Positions 10,072 through 20,076 are shown, counted from the first letter of the stretch. The stretch is DNA of 64,000 nt from Coriobacteriaceae bacterium (GCA_963617165.1 CAVEOF010000001.1:3006-67005), one strand, 5' to 3'. The notes: a model not told the origin generated them from the letters alone. A program made the numbers and translations.

Positions 10072-10431
10072 TCAGAACTTCAGGCCGCCTTCTCTGGCGC
10101 CTTCCGCGAGCTCCGATACGCGTCCGTGATAAATGTAGCCACCGCGGTCGAATACGACGGCGGAAATGCCTTTTTCGATTGCTCTCTTCGCGAGAGTGTT
10201 GCCGACCTTTCTGGCGGCTTCCTTATTGGAACCCGTGCCTTCAAAGTCCTTTTCATACGTGCTTGCGCTGACCAGCGTCACGCCCTTCACATCGTCGATG
10301 ATCTGAGCGGAAATGTTGGCGTTGGAACGATACACGGCGAGACGCGGTCTTTCGGCGGTACCCGAAATCTTGCCGCGAACTCTCTTATGTCTCTTAAGAC
10401 GTTGCAGATTGCTGTCTGTTCTCTTAACCAT
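10072..10431 (-). CDS. rplR: 50S ribosomal protein L18
   Basis: [24 protein letters not shown] is an L18 signature. Confidence 0.95.
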   Translation of the reverse strand: MVKRTDSNLQRLKRHKRVRGKISGTAERPRLAVYRSNANISAQIIDDVKGVTLVSASTYEKDFEGTGSNKEAARKVGNTLAKRAIEKGISAVVFDRGGYIYHGRVSELAEGAREGGLKF

Positions 10432-10449
10432 GGGAACGCTCTCCTTTCA

Positions 10450-10989
10450 TTATTTACCGGTCTTTCCGGCCTTGCGGCGGATCTTTTCACCGGTGTACTT
10501 GACACCCTTACCGAGGTAGGGCTCGGGAGGTCTCTTGGCTCGGATGACTGCCGCCATCTGTCCGACCGCCTGCTTGTCGATTCCCTTGACGAGGATGGTG
10601 ACGTTATCGGGGGTCTCAAACTTGATGCCGTTCGCTTCCTCGAAGATCACGGGGTGCGAGTAGCCGAGACCGAGGACGAGCTTCGTTCCCTGCTTCTCTG
10701 CTCTGTAACCGACGCCGACGATCTCGAGCTTCTTCGTGAAGCCGTGCGTCACGCCCTCGACCATGTTGTTGATGAGGGTTCTCGTCAGTCCGTGGAGAGA
10801 ACGCATTTCCTTTTCGTCGTTCGGACGGGTCACCGTCAGGGTGTTCCCCTCCTGCGCGATGGTAAGCTCCGTGTGGAAGGTCTCTGTCAGCTCTCCGAGC
10901 GGTCCTTTGACGGTGACGACGTTTCCGTCCGCCACGCTGACTGTTACGCCCGCCGGAATTGTAATGGGCATTCTACCGATTCTTGACAT
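10450..10989 (-). CDS. rplF: 50S ribosomal protein L6
   Basis: [17 protein letters not shown]... with the start at ATG 10987-10989, after GGGGAGG. Confidence 0.9.
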   Translation of the reverse strand: MSRIGRMPITIPAGVTVSVADGNVVTVKGPLGELTETFHTELTIAQEGNTLTVTRPNDEKEMRSLHGLTRTLINNMVEGVTHGFTKKLEIVGVGYRAEKQGTKLVLGLGYSHPVIFEEANGIKFETPDNVTILVKGIDKQAVGQMAAVIRAKRPPEPYLGKGVKYTGEKIRRKAGKTGK

Positions 10990-11005
10990 TCTTCTTACCT
11001 CCCCG

Positions 11006-11404
11006 TTACCATACGAAGGCGAGGATTTCGCCGCCGACATTGGCTTGTCTTGCTTTCTTATCCGTCATGACACCCTTCGAGGTGGAGACGATCGCGATAC
11101 CGAGGCCGTTCATGACCTTCGGCATATCCTCGCAGTTAGAGTAGATACGCAGACCGGGCTTCGACACTCTGCGAAGACCGTGAATGACCTTCTGCTTGCC
11201 GGGCGCGTACTTCAGGGTCACGCGAATGATGCCCTGCTTGCCGTCCTCCACGATCTGGAACGCCTTGATATAGCCTTCCTCGAGAAGGATCTCGGCGATC
11301 GACTTCTTCAGGTTGGAAGCCGGAATATCCACAGTCTCATGCTTCGCGTTGTTCGCGTTTCTGATTCTTGTGAGCATGTCTGCGATTACATCTGAAATTT
11401 GCAT
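11006..11404 (-). CDS. rpsH: 30S ribosomal protein S8
   Basis: [19 protein letters not shown] is an S8 signature. Confidence 0.95.
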   Translation of the reverse strand: MQISDVIADMLTRIRNANNAKHETVDIPASNLKKSIAEILLEEGYIKAFQIVEDGKQGIIRVTLKYAPGKQKVIHGLRRVSKPGLRIYSNCEDMPKVMNGLGIAIVSTSKGVMTDKKARQANVGGEILAFVW

Positions 11405-11566
11405 TATTTTATCCTCCTATATGCAAGTTCATGGTTTCTTGCTGCCGCAAAGCGGCGGCTGACCGACGGTTAAAATGCAAGGTATTGTTTGAAAGTTCAA
11501 CAACCTTTTTGCATTTTCCTGTCGGTAGTTTAGAGAGAATTCGAATCCTTCAAAGAAGGAAGGATC
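11405..11566 (-). other. unusually long (162 nt), highly structured intercistronic spacer between rpsN and rpsH
   Basis: On the mRNA strand there is a hairpin ATCCTTC/GAAGGAT. Next comes a nested long hairpin ACCGAC..AAAATGCAA..GGTTGTTGA/TCAAACAATACC..TTGCATTTT..GTCGGT. A GCCGCCGC/GCGGCAGC hairpin lies just before the rpsH SD. Confidence 0.5.
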
Positions 11567-11752
11567 TTACCAGGATGCCTTTCTGACGCCCGGGATCTCG
11601 CCCTTGTAGGCAAGCTCACGGAAGCAGATACGGCAGATTCCGTACTTACGGAGGTAGGCATGAGGTCTACCGCAGATTCTGCATCTGTTGTAAGCGCGGG
11701 TAGAAAACTTCGGTTCCTTCTGCTGCTTCAGCACCATTGCTTTCTTAGCCAT
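11567..11752 (-). CDS. rpsN: 30S ribosomal protein S14, type Z (zinc form)
   Basis: [61 protein letters not shown] (61 aa, CxxC..CxxC). Confidence 0.9.
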   Translation of the reverse strand: MAKKAMVLKQQKEPKFSTRAYNRCRICGRPHAYLRKYGICRICFRELAYKGEIPGVRKASW

Positions 11753-11768
11753 GTTCCATCCTCCTTCA

Positions 11769-12308
11769 TTACTCTGCGAAGGGTGCGCCCATCTGAGCAA
11801 GCAACTCTTTCGCTTCCGCGTCGGTTCTCGCCGTGGTGACGAAAACGATATCCATGCCGCGGATCTTCTCCACCTTATCGTATTCGATCTCGGGGAAGAT
11901 CAGCTGCTCCTTCAGACCGAGGGCGTAGTTGCCTCTGCCGTCGAAGCCGTTCGGGTTGATACCCTTGAAGTCACGGACTCTCGGAAGCGCGAAGCTGAAG
12001 AGCTTATCCATGAATTCATACATCTTCTCGCCGCGAAGGGTGACCTTCACACCGATCTTCATGCCCTCACGGAGCTTGAAGTTCGCGATCGACTTATGTG
12101 CGTAGGTGGGGACTGCTCTCTGACCCGAGATCAGAGTGATCTCCTCGATGATGCCGTCGATGACCTTTGAGTTCTCTCTGGCATCGCCCGCGCCGACGTT
12201 GATCACGATCTTATCGAGCTTCGGGATCTGCATCACGGAAGAATAGTTGAATTTTTTCATGAGGGCGGGAGCGACCTCATTCTTGTATTTTTCCAAAAAT
12301 CTCGACAT
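11769..12308 (-). CDS. rplE: 50S ribosomal protein L5
   Basis: 179-aa L5 signature ([16 protein letters not shown]-type), in the spc operon position. Confidence 0.95.
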   Translation of the reverse strand: MSRFLEKYKNEVAPALMKKFNYSSVMQIPKLDKIVINVGAGDARENSKVIDGIIEEITLISGQRAVPTYAHKSIANFKLREGMKIGVKVTLRGEKMYEFMDKLFSFALPRVRDFKGINPNGFDGRGNYALGLKEQLIFPEIEYDKVEKIRGMDIVFVTTARTDAEAKELLAQMGAPFAE

Positions 12309-12321
12309 TGTTCGCCCCTCC

Positions 12322-12648
12322 TCACTTGATCTCCGCGCCGCACTTCGCGCAGACGCGGGTCTTGGTCTTTTTGCCGTTTTCCACGGTCACATTGTACTTG
12401 ACGCGAACGGGCTTGTCGCACTTCGGGCAGACGAGCATCACCTTCGACGCATACATTGCGCCTTCGGTCTTCACGATGCTCGAGGTCTCACCCTGGCGTC
12501 TCGCCTTCGTGTGCTTCGACACGATGTTCGCACCCGCTACAATTACTTTTCCCTCTTCGGGAGCTGCCGCGATTACCTTGCCGCGTGTTCCTTTGGAATC
12601 ACCGGAGATAACCTCGACCAGATCGTCTTTTTTCACATGAAGTTTCAT
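12322..12648 (-). CDS. rplX: 50S ribosomal protein L24 with a C-terminal CxxC..CxxC extension
   Basis: [25 protein letters not shown] (KOW motif), with the start at ATG 12646-12648 after GAAGGAGG. The C-terminus reads [10 protein letters not shown]...CAKCGAEIK. Confidence 0.9.
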   Translation of the reverse strand: MKLHVKKDDLVEVISGDSKGTRGKVIAAAPEEGKVIVAGANIVSKHTKARRQGETSSIVKTEGAMYASKVMLVCPKCDKPVRVKYNVTVENGKKTKTRVCAKCGAEIK

Positions 12649-12668
12649 TGGTTCGTTACCTCCTTCGA

Positions 12669-13037
12669 TCAAAGCACTTCGGGGGCGAGGGACATGATCT
12701 TCGTGAAGTCATGCTCACGAAGCTCTCTTGCCACAGGCCCAAAGATACGCGTACCGCGCGGGGTCTTGTCGTCCTTGATAATAACTGCCGCGTTCTCATC
12801 GAATTTGATGTAAGAACCGTCGGCACGGCGGGTCTCCTTCACCGTTCTTACGACAACGGCTTTGACTACCTCGCCTTTCTTTACAACGCCGCCGGGCGCT
12901 GCTTTCTTCACGCAACACACAACGATGTCACCGATTCCGGCATAGCGGCGTCCCGAGCCGCCGAGAACACGAATGCACATAAGCTCTTTGGCACCGGTGT
13001 TGTCCGCGACTTTCATTAACGATTGCTGCTGAATCAC
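12669..13037 (-). CDS. rplN: 50S ribosomal protein L14 (GTG start)
   Basis: (M)[26 protein letters not shown], with GTG at 13035-13037 placed 7 nt after AAAGGAGG. Confidence 0.9.
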   Translation of the reverse strand: MIQQQSLMKVADNTGAKELMCIRVLGGSGRRYAGIGDIVVCCVKKAAPGGVVKKGEVVKAVVVRTVKETRRADGSYIKFDENAAVIIKDDKTPRGTRIFGPVARELREHDFTKIMSLAPEVL

Positions 13038-13099
13038 TGTTTTTTCCTCCTTTTTCGGCAAGCATTTGACCTGCCTACTGGTTTAGTGATGTCTTTTGA

Positions 13100-13360
13100 T
13101 TATTTTGCCTTTTCGACGATCTCGACGAGTCTCCATCTCTTCGTCGCGGAAAGGGGTCTCGTCTCCATTACAGCTACCTTGTCGCCGATACCGCATTCGT
13201 TCTTTTCGTCGTGTGCGTGGATCTTGACCGTTTTCTTCATGATCTTTCCGTACTTGGGATGGCGGACATTGTCCTCGATGGCGACGACGATGGTCTTATC
13301 CATCTTATCGCTGACGACCTTGCCGATCCGCACTTTTCTTAAATCACGGGTTTCCGTCAT
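13100..13360 (-). CDS. rpsQ: 30S ribosomal protein S17
   Basis: [22 protein letters not shown] is an S17 signature, with the start at ATG 13358-13360. Confidence 0.9.
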   Translation of the reverse strand: MTETRDLRKVRIGKVVSDKMDKTIVVAIEDNVRHPKYGKIMKKTVKIHAHDEKNECGIGDKVAVMETRPLSATKRWRLVEIVEKAK

Positions 13361-13376
13361 TATTTTGTTTCTCCCT

Positions 13377-13565
13377 TCAAGCATTCTTCTCACGAAGAAC
13401 GGTCATAACGCGTGCAATGTCATGCTTCACATCTGTGATCTTATGAGGATTGTCAAGCTGGTTGATTGCAAGCTGGAAACGAAGATTGAAGAGTTCTTCT
13501 TTGAGCTCACCGAGCTTTGCGTTCAGCTGCTCGGCATTCATCTCTCTCAGTTCTTTTGCCTTCAT
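13377..13565 (-). CDS. rpmC: 50S ribosomal protein L29
   Basis: [31 protein letters not shown] is an L29 signature. Confidence 0.9.
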   Translation of the reverse strand: MKAKELREMNAEQLNAKLGELKEELFNLRFQLAINQLDNPHKITDVKHDIARVMTVLREKNA

Positions 13566-13568
13566 CGC

Positions 13569-14000
13569 TTAAGCCTCCTCTTTGGTTTCAAAATCCGTCT
13601 TTGTCACAAACTTGCACTTGATGGGAAGTTTGTGCGCGGCGAGACGCATCGCCTCTTTTGCCTGTTCCTCGGTGATGCCGTCCATCTCGAACATGACTCT
13701 GCCGGGCTTCACCACGGCAACCCAATACTCGGGCGAGCCTTTACCGGAACCCATTCGAGTCTCGGCAGGCTTCTCGGTGATCGGCTTGTCGGGGAAGATC
13801 TTGATCCAGACCTGACCGCCACGCTTGACGTATCTCGTCATAGCGATACGGGCAGCCTCGATCTGATTCGAGGTGATCCATGCCGGCTCGAGGGCTACGA
13901 GTCCGTAGGAGCCGTGCGAAATCTTGTTACCGCGAAGGGCTTTACCTTTAAGACGTCCGCGCTGAACGCGTCTGTACTTAACTCTCTTCGGCATTAACAT
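13569..14000 (-). CDS. rplP: 50S ribosomal protein L16
   Basis: [21 protein letters not shown] is an L16 signature. Confidence 0.95.
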   Translation of the reverse strand: MLMPKRVKYRRVQRGRLKGKALRGNKISHGSYGLVALEPAWITSNQIEAARIAMTRYVKRGGQVWIKIFPDKPITEKPAETRMGSGKGSPEYWVAVVKPGRVMFEMDGITEEQAKEAMRLAAHKLPIKCKFVTKTDFETKEEA

Positions 14001-14770
14001 TACTTTCTGCCCTCCTCATTCTTTCTGAAGTTCCGCCCGTCACGACGTCCGCCGTCTCTGTTCTGCTGCGGACGACGATTGCCGTTGTCGTTTCTTCTCG
14101 GGCGTCTCTCACGACGGTCGGGTCTCTGATCGGCGGCGCCCTCCGCGAGGACTTCGCCCTTATAGATCCAGACCTTTACGCCGATCTTACCGTAGGTGGT
14201 GTTTGCTTCATAGAAGCCGTAGTCGATGTCGGCTCTGAGGGTCTGAAGCGGAATGGTGCCCTCATGATAGTGCTCCACGCGAGCGATCTCGGCGCCGCCG
14301 AGACGACCCGAGCAGCATACCTTGATACCTCTTGCGCCGAGACGCATGGTTCTGCCGATGGCGAGCTTCATCGCGCGGCGGAAGGATACTCTCTTCTCAA
14401 GCTGTGCGGCGATGGACTCGGCGACGAGCTGAGCGTTGATATCGGGATTCTTGATCTCGATCACGTTCACGACGACGGGGCAGCCGACCATAGCTTCGAG
14501 CTCCGCTCTGAGCTTTTCGATCTCCGCGCCGTGGAAGCCGATGACGACACCGGGCTTCGCGCACTGGATGAAGACTCTGACGCGGGCGCTGTCGCGCTCG
14601 ATCTCGATCTTCGGGATGCCCGCACCGCGGAGCTTGTTTTTAATGTAGGTTCTGATGCGGTAGTCGGATACGATGTTGTCGCCGAACTTCTTGTCCTCGA
14701 CGAACCATCTGGAATCCCAGTTTTTGATTACGCCTACGCGCAGACCGTGGGGATTAACTTTCTGTCCCAT
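14000..14770 (-). CDS. rpsC: 30S ribosomal protein S3 with an Arg/Asp-rich C-terminal tail
   Basis: [22 protein letters not shown] at ATG 14768-14770. The longer track ORF (to 14896) overlaps rplV and is rejected. Confidence 0.9.
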   Translation of the reverse strand: MGQKVNPHGLRVGVIKNWDSRWFVEDKKFGDNIVSDYRIRTYIKNKLRGAGIPKIEIERDSARVRVFIQCAKPGVVIGFHGAEIEKLRAELEAMVGCPVVVNVIEIKNPDINAQLVAESIAAQLEKRVSFRRAMKLAIGRTMRLGARGIKVCCSGRLGGAEIARVEHYHEGTIPLQTLRADIDYGFYEANTTYGKIGVKVWIYKGEVLAEGAADQRPDRRERRPRRNDNGNRRPQQNRDGGRRDGRNFRKNEEGRK

Positions 14771-14772
14771 TG

Positions 14773-15114
14773 TCAACCTACCTCCTTCTCTTTGACTGCA
14801 AGTGTAACATGGCTGGTCCTCTTCAGGATCTGGAACGCTCTGCCCTGTGCTCTCGGCTGAACTCTCTTCAGTGTGGGTCCGGGGCATACGAAGCATTCAG
14901 AAACATAGAGGTTGCTCGCATCCATGTTGAAATTGTGTTCGGCATTTGCTACCGCGCTCTTCAGGAGCTTCACGAGGGACTCGGCGGCGATCTTGTTGGT
15001 ATTCTTCAGAATAGCCATCGCTTCATCGGTGTCCTTGCCTCTGATGAGATCGAGAACGATCTGCACTTTGCGCGGAGAAATTCTCACATATTTAAGATGT
15101 GCTTTTGCTTCCAT
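14773..15114 (-). CDS. rplV: 50S ribosomal protein L22
   Basis: [27 protein letters not shown] is an L22 signature. Confidence 0.95.
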   Translation of the reverse strand: MEAKAHLKYVRISPRKVQIVLDLIRGKDTDEAMAILKNTNKIAAESLVKLLKSAVANAEHNFNMDASNLYVSECFVCPGPTLKRVQPRAQGRAFQILKRTSHVTLAVKEKEVG

Positions 15115-15142
15115 TTAGGGAATTGCCTCCTATCGCTTACTT

Positions 15143-15424
15143 TCAGTTTCCGTTGTTCGATGTTTTTGAGCCCGCATGACCCTTGAAGGTACGGGTAAGT
15201 GCAAATTCGCCGAGCTTGTGTCCGACCATATCTTCCGTGATATACACCGGAACATGCTTTCTTCCGTCGTGGACGGCGATGGTATGTCCGACAAATTCAG
15301 GGAAGATCGTCGAAGCGCGAGACCATGTCTTCAGCACCTTTTTCTCATTCTTTTCGTTCATAGCGACAATACGGTCGAACAGTTTCTGCTCTACATACGG
15401 CGCCTTCTTTAAGCTTCTGCTCAT
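15143..15424 (-). CDS. rpsS: 30S ribosomal protein S19
   Basis: [15 protein letters not shown]...[17 protein letters not shown] is an S19 signature. Confidence 0.95.
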   Translation of the reverse strand: MSRSLKKAPYVEQKLFDRIVAMNEKNEKKVLKTWSRASTIFPEFVGHTIAVHDGRKHVPVYITEDMVGHKLGEFALTRTFKGHAGSKTSNNGN

Positions 15425-15449
15425 TGTGTTTCTCCTTACTCAAGTCTCA

Positions 15450-16280
15450 TTACTTCGCGTTGCGACGCTTGATAATGAATTTGTTGGTTCTTGCCTTCTT
15501 GTTTCTCGTCTTGTAGCCGAGAGCGGGCTTGCCCCAAGGAGTAACCGGTCCGGGATGTCCGACAGGAGACTTACCTTCACCACCGCCGTGAGGGTGATCG
15601 CAGGGGTTCATAACAGAACCGCGGACCGTCGGGCGGATGCCCATGTGACGGGTCTTACCCGCTTTACCGAGCTTCACGGTCTCGTGCTCAAGGTTGCCGA
15701 CCTGTCCGATGGTCGCCTTGCAGTCGAGACGGACGATGCGGACCTCTCCCGAGGGGAGACGGATCTGCGCCGTGCCGTTTTCCTTCGCCATCAGCTGTGC
15801 GAAGGCACCCGCGGAACGGACGAGCTGTGCGCCCTTACCGGGATAGAGCTCGACGTTGTGGATGATCGTACCGACGGGAATGGACGAGATGGGGAGCACG
15901 TTGCCGGGCTTGATGTCCGCGTCGGCGCCCGTGGCAACGACGTCACCGTCGGTCAGTCCGACGGGAGCAATGATATAGCTCTTCTTGCCCTCATCGTTCT
16001 CAAGGAGTGCGATGTAGGAGGTTCTGTTCGGGTCGTACTCGACGCCGATGACCTTTGCCGTACCTTCGGTATCTCTCTTGAAGTCGATGATTCTGTACTT
16101 CTGCTTGTTGCCGCCGCCCTGGTGACGGACGGTGATCTTACCGTAGCTATTTCTGCCTGCGTTCTTCTTTTTCTTCGCGATAAGGCTCTTCTCGGGTGTG
16201 AACTTGGTAACCTCGTCGAAGGAAGGACTCATCATGTTTCTGCGCGACGGTGTTGTCGGCTTATATCTCTTTGTAGCCAT
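15450..16280 (-). CDS. rplB: 50S ribosomal protein L2
   Basis: 276 aa with ...[19 protein letters not shown], an L2 signature. Confidence 0.95.
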   Translation of the reverse strand: MATKRYKPTTPSRRNMMSPSFDEVTKFTPEKSLIAKKKKNAGRNSYGKITVRHQGGGNKQKYRIIDFKRDTEGTAKVIGVEYDPNRTSYIALLENDEGKKSYIIAPVGLTDGDVVATGADADIKPGNVLPISSIPVGTIIHNVELYPGKGAQLVRSAGAFAQLMAKENGTAQIRLPSGEVRIVRLDCKATIGQVGNLEHETVKLGKAGKTRHMGIRPTVRGSVMNPCDHPHGGGEGKSPVGHPGPVTPWGKPALGYKTRNKKARTNKFIIKRRNAK

Positions 16281-16295
16281 TGTTCACTACCTCCC

Positions 16296-16592
16296 TCAGT
16301 TCATGCTGTCGAAGAAGGGAATCGTAGCGGATTCTTCGGTCAGGGTGACGATCGCTTTCTTCCACTCGCCCGTATAGCCGGCATGTACGCCGTATCTCTT
16401 CGGTTTCTTCTTCATATTGATAACATTGACCTTGGCGACCTTGGTCTTCTTGAACATCGCCTCGACGGCGGCGGCGATCTCCGCCTTCGTCGCGGTCTTC
16501 ACCACTTCAAAGCTGTAACGCTTCGCACCGACGGAGTCCATGCTCTTCTCGGTGATGAGAGGTTTTACAATGATATCCGCATAAGATTTCAT
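16296..16592 (-). CDS. rplW: 50S ribosomal protein L23
   Basis: MKSYADIIVKPLITEKS, with ATG at 16590-16592 overlapping the rplD stop (ATGA). Confidence 0.9.
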   Translation of the reverse strand: MKSYADIIVKPLITEKSMDSVGAKRYSFEVVKTATKAEIAAAVEAMFKKTKVAKVNVINMKKKPKRYGVHAGYTGEWKKAIVTLTEESATIPFFDSMN

Positions 16593-17215
16593 CTTGCATA
16601 TACCTCCTCGATTTTCTTCACCGCATCCTTTGCGATGATGAAGGTGTCGCAGTTCAGGACATCGTATACGTTCACGGTGTTCCACTGCGTGGTCTTGACG
16701 CCCTCAATATTGTCGCAGCTCTTGATAACGAAGCCGTTCACTTCGGGAAGCACGATGAGTGCTTTCTTCGCGGCTCCGAGGTTTTCGAGCATGGCGACCA
16801 TCGTCTTGGTCTTGTACTCGTTCATCGCGATATTGTCGACAACGATCATCTCGCCGCCCGCGACCTTCGAAGACAGGGCGCTGAACAGCGCGACTCTCTT
16901 CACGCGCTTATTGAGGTTGACGCGATAGCTGCGGGGCTTCGGGCCGAGCGCTACGCCGCCGTGTGTCCACTGAGGAGAACGGGTGCTGCCCTGTCTCGCA
17001 CGGCCTGTACCCTTCTGCTTCCAGGGCTTCTTGCCGCCGCCGGAAACTTCCGTGCGGGTCAGCGTGGACTGTGTGCCCTGTCTCTGGTTGAGCAAAAATG
17101 CTCTGACAGCGGTATGGAGGACTGCTTCATTGACTTCCGCGCCGAACACGGTGTCCGACAGAGTGATCTCGCCGACTTCCTTGCCCGCCATATCAACAAC
17201 TTTCATATTAGGCAT
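16589..17215 (-). CDS. rplD: 50S ribosomal protein L4
   Basis: SGGGKKPWKQKGTGRARQGSTRSPQW is an L4 signature. Confidence 0.95.
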   Translation of the reverse strand: MPNMKVVDMAGKEVGEITLSDTVFGAEVNEAVLHTAVRAFLLNQRQGTQSTLTRTEVSGGGKKPWKQKGTGRARQGSTRSPQWTHGGVALGPKPRSYRVNLNKRVKRVALFSALSSKVAGGEMIVVDNIAMNEYKTKTMVAMLENLGAAKKALIVLPEVNGFVIKSCDNIEGVKTTQWNTVNVYDVLNCDTFIIAKDAVKKIEEVYAR

Positions 17216-17233
17216 TGTTTGTTCCTCCTTCCG

Positions 17234-17866
17234 TTATGCTTTCACCGAGTCGCGGAGGAAGACGATCCCGCCCTTGGAGCCGGGAACCGCGCCTTTGACC
17301 GCGATCAGATTCTTTTCCGCATCGATCTTCACCGCTACGAGGTTAAGGATGGTAACCTGTTCGTTACCGTATTGTCCCGCCATCTTCTTGTTTTTGTAAA
17401 CGCGAGAAGGCGTGGAGTTTGCTCCCATCGAGCCGCACTGACGGTGAATGGGACCCGTACCGTGAGTCATTCTCAGGATGTGATGTCCCCATCTCTTCAC
17501 GCAACCGCTGAAGCCGCGACCCTTTGTGATACCTGTGATGTCGACCTTGTCGCCTGCGGCGAAGGTATCGACGGTTACCACGGAACCGACCTCGTATGCG
17601 CTCGTGTCGTCCAGTCTGAATTCCTTCAGATGCTTCTTCGGGGAGACACCGCTCTTTTTGAAATGACCGAGCTCAGCCTTGGTGAGGTGCTTCTCTTTCA
17701 CATCCTCGAACGCAAGCTGAAGTGCGTCATATCCGTCGTTTGCGACGGTCTTCTTCTGTACTACCGCACACGGACCCGCTTCAATCAGGGTCACCGGTAT
17801 TACATTGCCCTTTTCGTCAAAGATCTGGGTCATGCCCAGCTTCTTTCCGATCAAACCTTTTTTCAT
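17234..17866 (-). CDS. rplC: 50S ribosomal protein L3
   Basis: [33 protein letters not shown] is an L3 signature. Confidence 0.95.
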   Translation of the reverse strand: MKKGLIGKKLGMTQIFDEKGNVIPVTLIEAGPCAVVQKKTVANDGYDALQLAFEDVKEKHLTKAELGHFKKSGVSPKKHLKEFRLDDTSAYEVGSVVTVDTFAAGDKVDITGITKGRGFSGCVKRWGHHILRMTHGTGPIHRQCGSMGANSTPSRVYKNKKMAGQYGNEQVTILNLVAVKIDAEKNLIAVKGAVPGSKGGIVFLRDSVKA

Positions 17867-17984
17867 TTTTCCTCCGTTCAGTTATTGGTTGACGGGTTGA
17901 ATTTTCGCTCTTCGCGGAGCCGCCAACTTGACTTTGAGGCTTTGCCTTCGGGATTTGAAGCTCCCGACCCCTCTCGGGGATTCC

Positions 17985-18293
17985 TTACGCCTTGATCTCG
18001 ATCTCCACGCCTGCGGGAAGCTCGATGCTCATCAGAGCCTCGACGGTCTTCTGTGCAGGATCCAGGATATCGATGAGACGCTTGTGCGTGCGCATTTCGA
18101 ACTGCTCACGGCTGTCCTTGTACTTGTGAACCGCTCTCAGGATCGTGACGATCTCTTTGTCGGTCGGAAGCGGAATCGGACCGCTGACACGGCTTCCGTT
18201 CTTCTTAGCTACTTCCACTACCTTCTGCGCTGCGGCGTCGATGATGGTGGCATCGTAGCTCTTCAGTCTCACTCTGATCTTTCCTTTTGCCAT
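17985..18293 (-). CDS. rpsJ: 30S ribosomal protein S10
   Basis: [39 protein letters not shown] is an S10 signature, and it is the first gene of the S10 operon. Confidence 0.95.
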   Translation of the reverse strand: MAKGKIRVRLKSYDATIIDAAAQKVVEVAKKNGSRVSGPIPLPTDKEIVTILRAVHKYKDSREQFEMRTHKRLIDILDPAQKTVEALMSIELPAGVEIEIKA

Positions 18294-18550
18294 CGTTTTG
18301 TCCTCCTTTACGAATTGCTCTCATCCGCATTAAGAAGGGCGAGCAGGTTTCACACTGTGCCGGGCGTATCATCTACGCCCCAATAAAATCAGTTCTGAAA
18401 GTCCACCGCAGGGACAGACGAACCGACCTTATGACACGGCGCCGCAAGCGGCACCCGCTATTTTCGCCCGGTTAACTATCGGACATACTCCACGGAAATT
18501 CCCCGCCAAATGACGGCAACCTCCCGCTTCATCGCATATCAAGCTTAATT

Positions 18551-18579
18551 ATTATATCTTAAATATGGCAAAATTGCAA
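18551..18579 (-). promoter_or_regulatory. candidate sigma-A promoter of the S10 operon (TTGCAA-17-TATAAT)
   Basis: Reverse complement of 18545-18585 reads cTTGCAAttttgccatatttaagaTATAATaatt. It lies about 250 nt upstream of the rpsJ ATG. Confidence 0.55.
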
Positions 18580-18852
18580 GAGGTTCTTCATTTTTTCGTA
18601 ATTTTCTTGTGTAGAAATTTTATGATTTTTTTCCGCTTTACTTGTACACAATGCACAAAATTCGGAAGAATCAGGGGTTTTCGGGAGAAAATTCGGCTTT
18701 TTTTCGGATTGTAACAATATGTTCATAAATTTATTGTAGAATAAAGATATCTTTCCGCCGTGCTATATAAATATAAAGGTAGAAAACGCGGCGGACTTTA
18801 TCGGAAAGGCGATGGCACGCACCCTTTTGCGCCGTGTCACCGACAGATACAC

Positions 18853-20076
18853 ATGAAGCTGATCAGAGACCGACACGGGATCTACACGCCCGCTTTTTAT
18901 CTTCTCACGCTGTGCGCCGTGATCCTGCGCACGGTGGCGCTCTTTATCGGATACGACAAGGTGACGGGGTACTACACGACGGCGCTCGGAAAGGTCGCCG
19001 ACACGTTCGCGGCGGTGTCCGCCCTGTTCTTCCTCACCTATGCGTTCGTCTTCCGACGGGACGCGGGGCGTGAGATCTCGCTCTTCTCCCCTGCCGCATA
19101 CGTCCCCGCGGGGATCGCGGCGGTGGCGCTCCCCTTCTTTTCAAAGCAGCTGTTTGCCGCGGCATCGGCGGCGGAGAACATCGCGCGCACGCTTCCCATG
19201 CGGGTGACGGCGATCCTCTGTGCATGTCTTTCGCTCCCCGCCGTGCTCTTCTTTCTGCTCTGCGTGATGGCGCCGCGTGTGCGCTCCCGCGTGCGGGGAG
19301 AGTGTGGGATTCTGACGGCGCTCGCTTTTGCCGCTTACGCCGCTTATCTGTATTTCAGCACGTCCCTGCCCATCAACGCCCCGGGAAAGCTCGCAGAGCA
19401 ATGCGCCTACCTTGCGATCGCGATCTTCTTCCTGTATGAGACGCGCATCGCGCTCGGCAGAGAGTGCCGTCCGCTGTACTCGACGTTCGGCTTTATCGCG
19501 GCGTATCTTGCGGCTTATGTTTCCCTGCCCGCCCTCATCCTCTACTTCTTCGGCGATCTGACGGTGGAAAACAGCTTGCAGGCGACGGTATCGACCTTTG
19601 CTCTCTTCCTCTTTATTCTTTGCCGCGTTCTGCTCGCGGGACGTCGGGACGACGCGACGCACACGCCGCTGACCGACTCTCTCCTCGCACTCGCGGCGGC
19701 GAGAGAAGAAGAGCTCGCCCATGCGGCGCCCCTGCCCTACGACGTTCTCGAGGCGGAGAAGAACGACCCCGACCATCTGCCCGCCGACATTTTCGCCGAC
19801 CTTGTGTCGGAGAGTGAGGAGGACGGCGCGATGCCCGACGGTGCGGAAGAAGCGACGCGGGACAGCGAGTCTCACGAAACGGCAGAGCCTGCGGCGGAAG
19901 AAGTCGACCACCCGACAGAGCACGTGGCGGATGCTACCACGGAAGAAGAAACCGACCGTACGATAGAGCACGTAGCGGATGCCGCCGCGGAGGGCAGCGC
20001 ATCCGACGATGCGGATCCTACGGAGACCGAATCGGAGATCACGACTCAAAAAGTCGGGGAGGAGACGGACGAATGA
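18853..20076 (+). CDS. polytopic membrane protein of unknown function with an acidic C-terminal tail; translationally coupled to polA
   Basis: ORF 18760..20076. ATG 18853 begins MKLIRDRHGIYTPAFYLLTLCAVIL..., with about 7-8 hydrophobic segments. The tail of about 110 aa is D/E-rich with a repeated EHVADA motif. The stop overlaps the polA ATG (ATGA at 20073). The start is uncertain because no SD is visible. Confidence 0.6.
   Translation: MKLIRDRHGIYTPAFYLLTLCAVILRTVALFIGYDKVTGYYTTALGKVADTFAAVSALFFLTYAFVFRRDAGREISLFSPAAYVPAGIAAVALPFFSKQLFAAASAAENIARTLPMRVTAILCACLSLPAVLFFLLCVMAPRVRSRVRGECGILTALAFAAYAAYLYFSTSLPINAPGKLAEQCAYLAIAIFFLYETRIALGRECRPLYSTFGFIAAYLAAYVSLPALILYFFGDLTVENSLQATVSTFALFLFILCRVLLAGRRDDATHTPLTDSLLALAAAREEELAHAAPLPYDVLEAEKNDPDHLPADIFADLVSESEEDGAMPDGAEEATRDSESHETAEPAAEEVDHPTEHVADATTEEETDRTIEHVADAAAEGSASDDADPTETESEITTQKVGEETDE

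Noticed and set aside
11541-11560. TTCGAATCC, a tRNA T-loop-like motif, in the rpsN-rpsH spacer.
   Set aside because: The flanking bases do not form a T-stem, and no acceptor, D or anticodon arms can be drawn, so it is not a tRNA.
14000-14896. N-terminally extended versions of many track ORFs, for example S3 at 298 aa, L6 at 196 aa, L23 at 129 aa, S12 at 170 aa, RF3 at 608 aa, TrmB at 293 aa and MetI at 302 aa.
   Set aside because: The extensions overlap the upstream gene, lack Shine-Dalgarno sequences, and precede internal starts that have good SDs and match the conserved N-termini of the families.
19141-20049. A 302-aa ORF antisense to the membrane-protein gene, plus arginine-rich ORFs nested in it.
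   Set aside because: This is a shadow of the GC-rich acidic-tail coding region (GAx codons read as xTC/Arg-rich on the antisense strand). It has no motifs and no SD.
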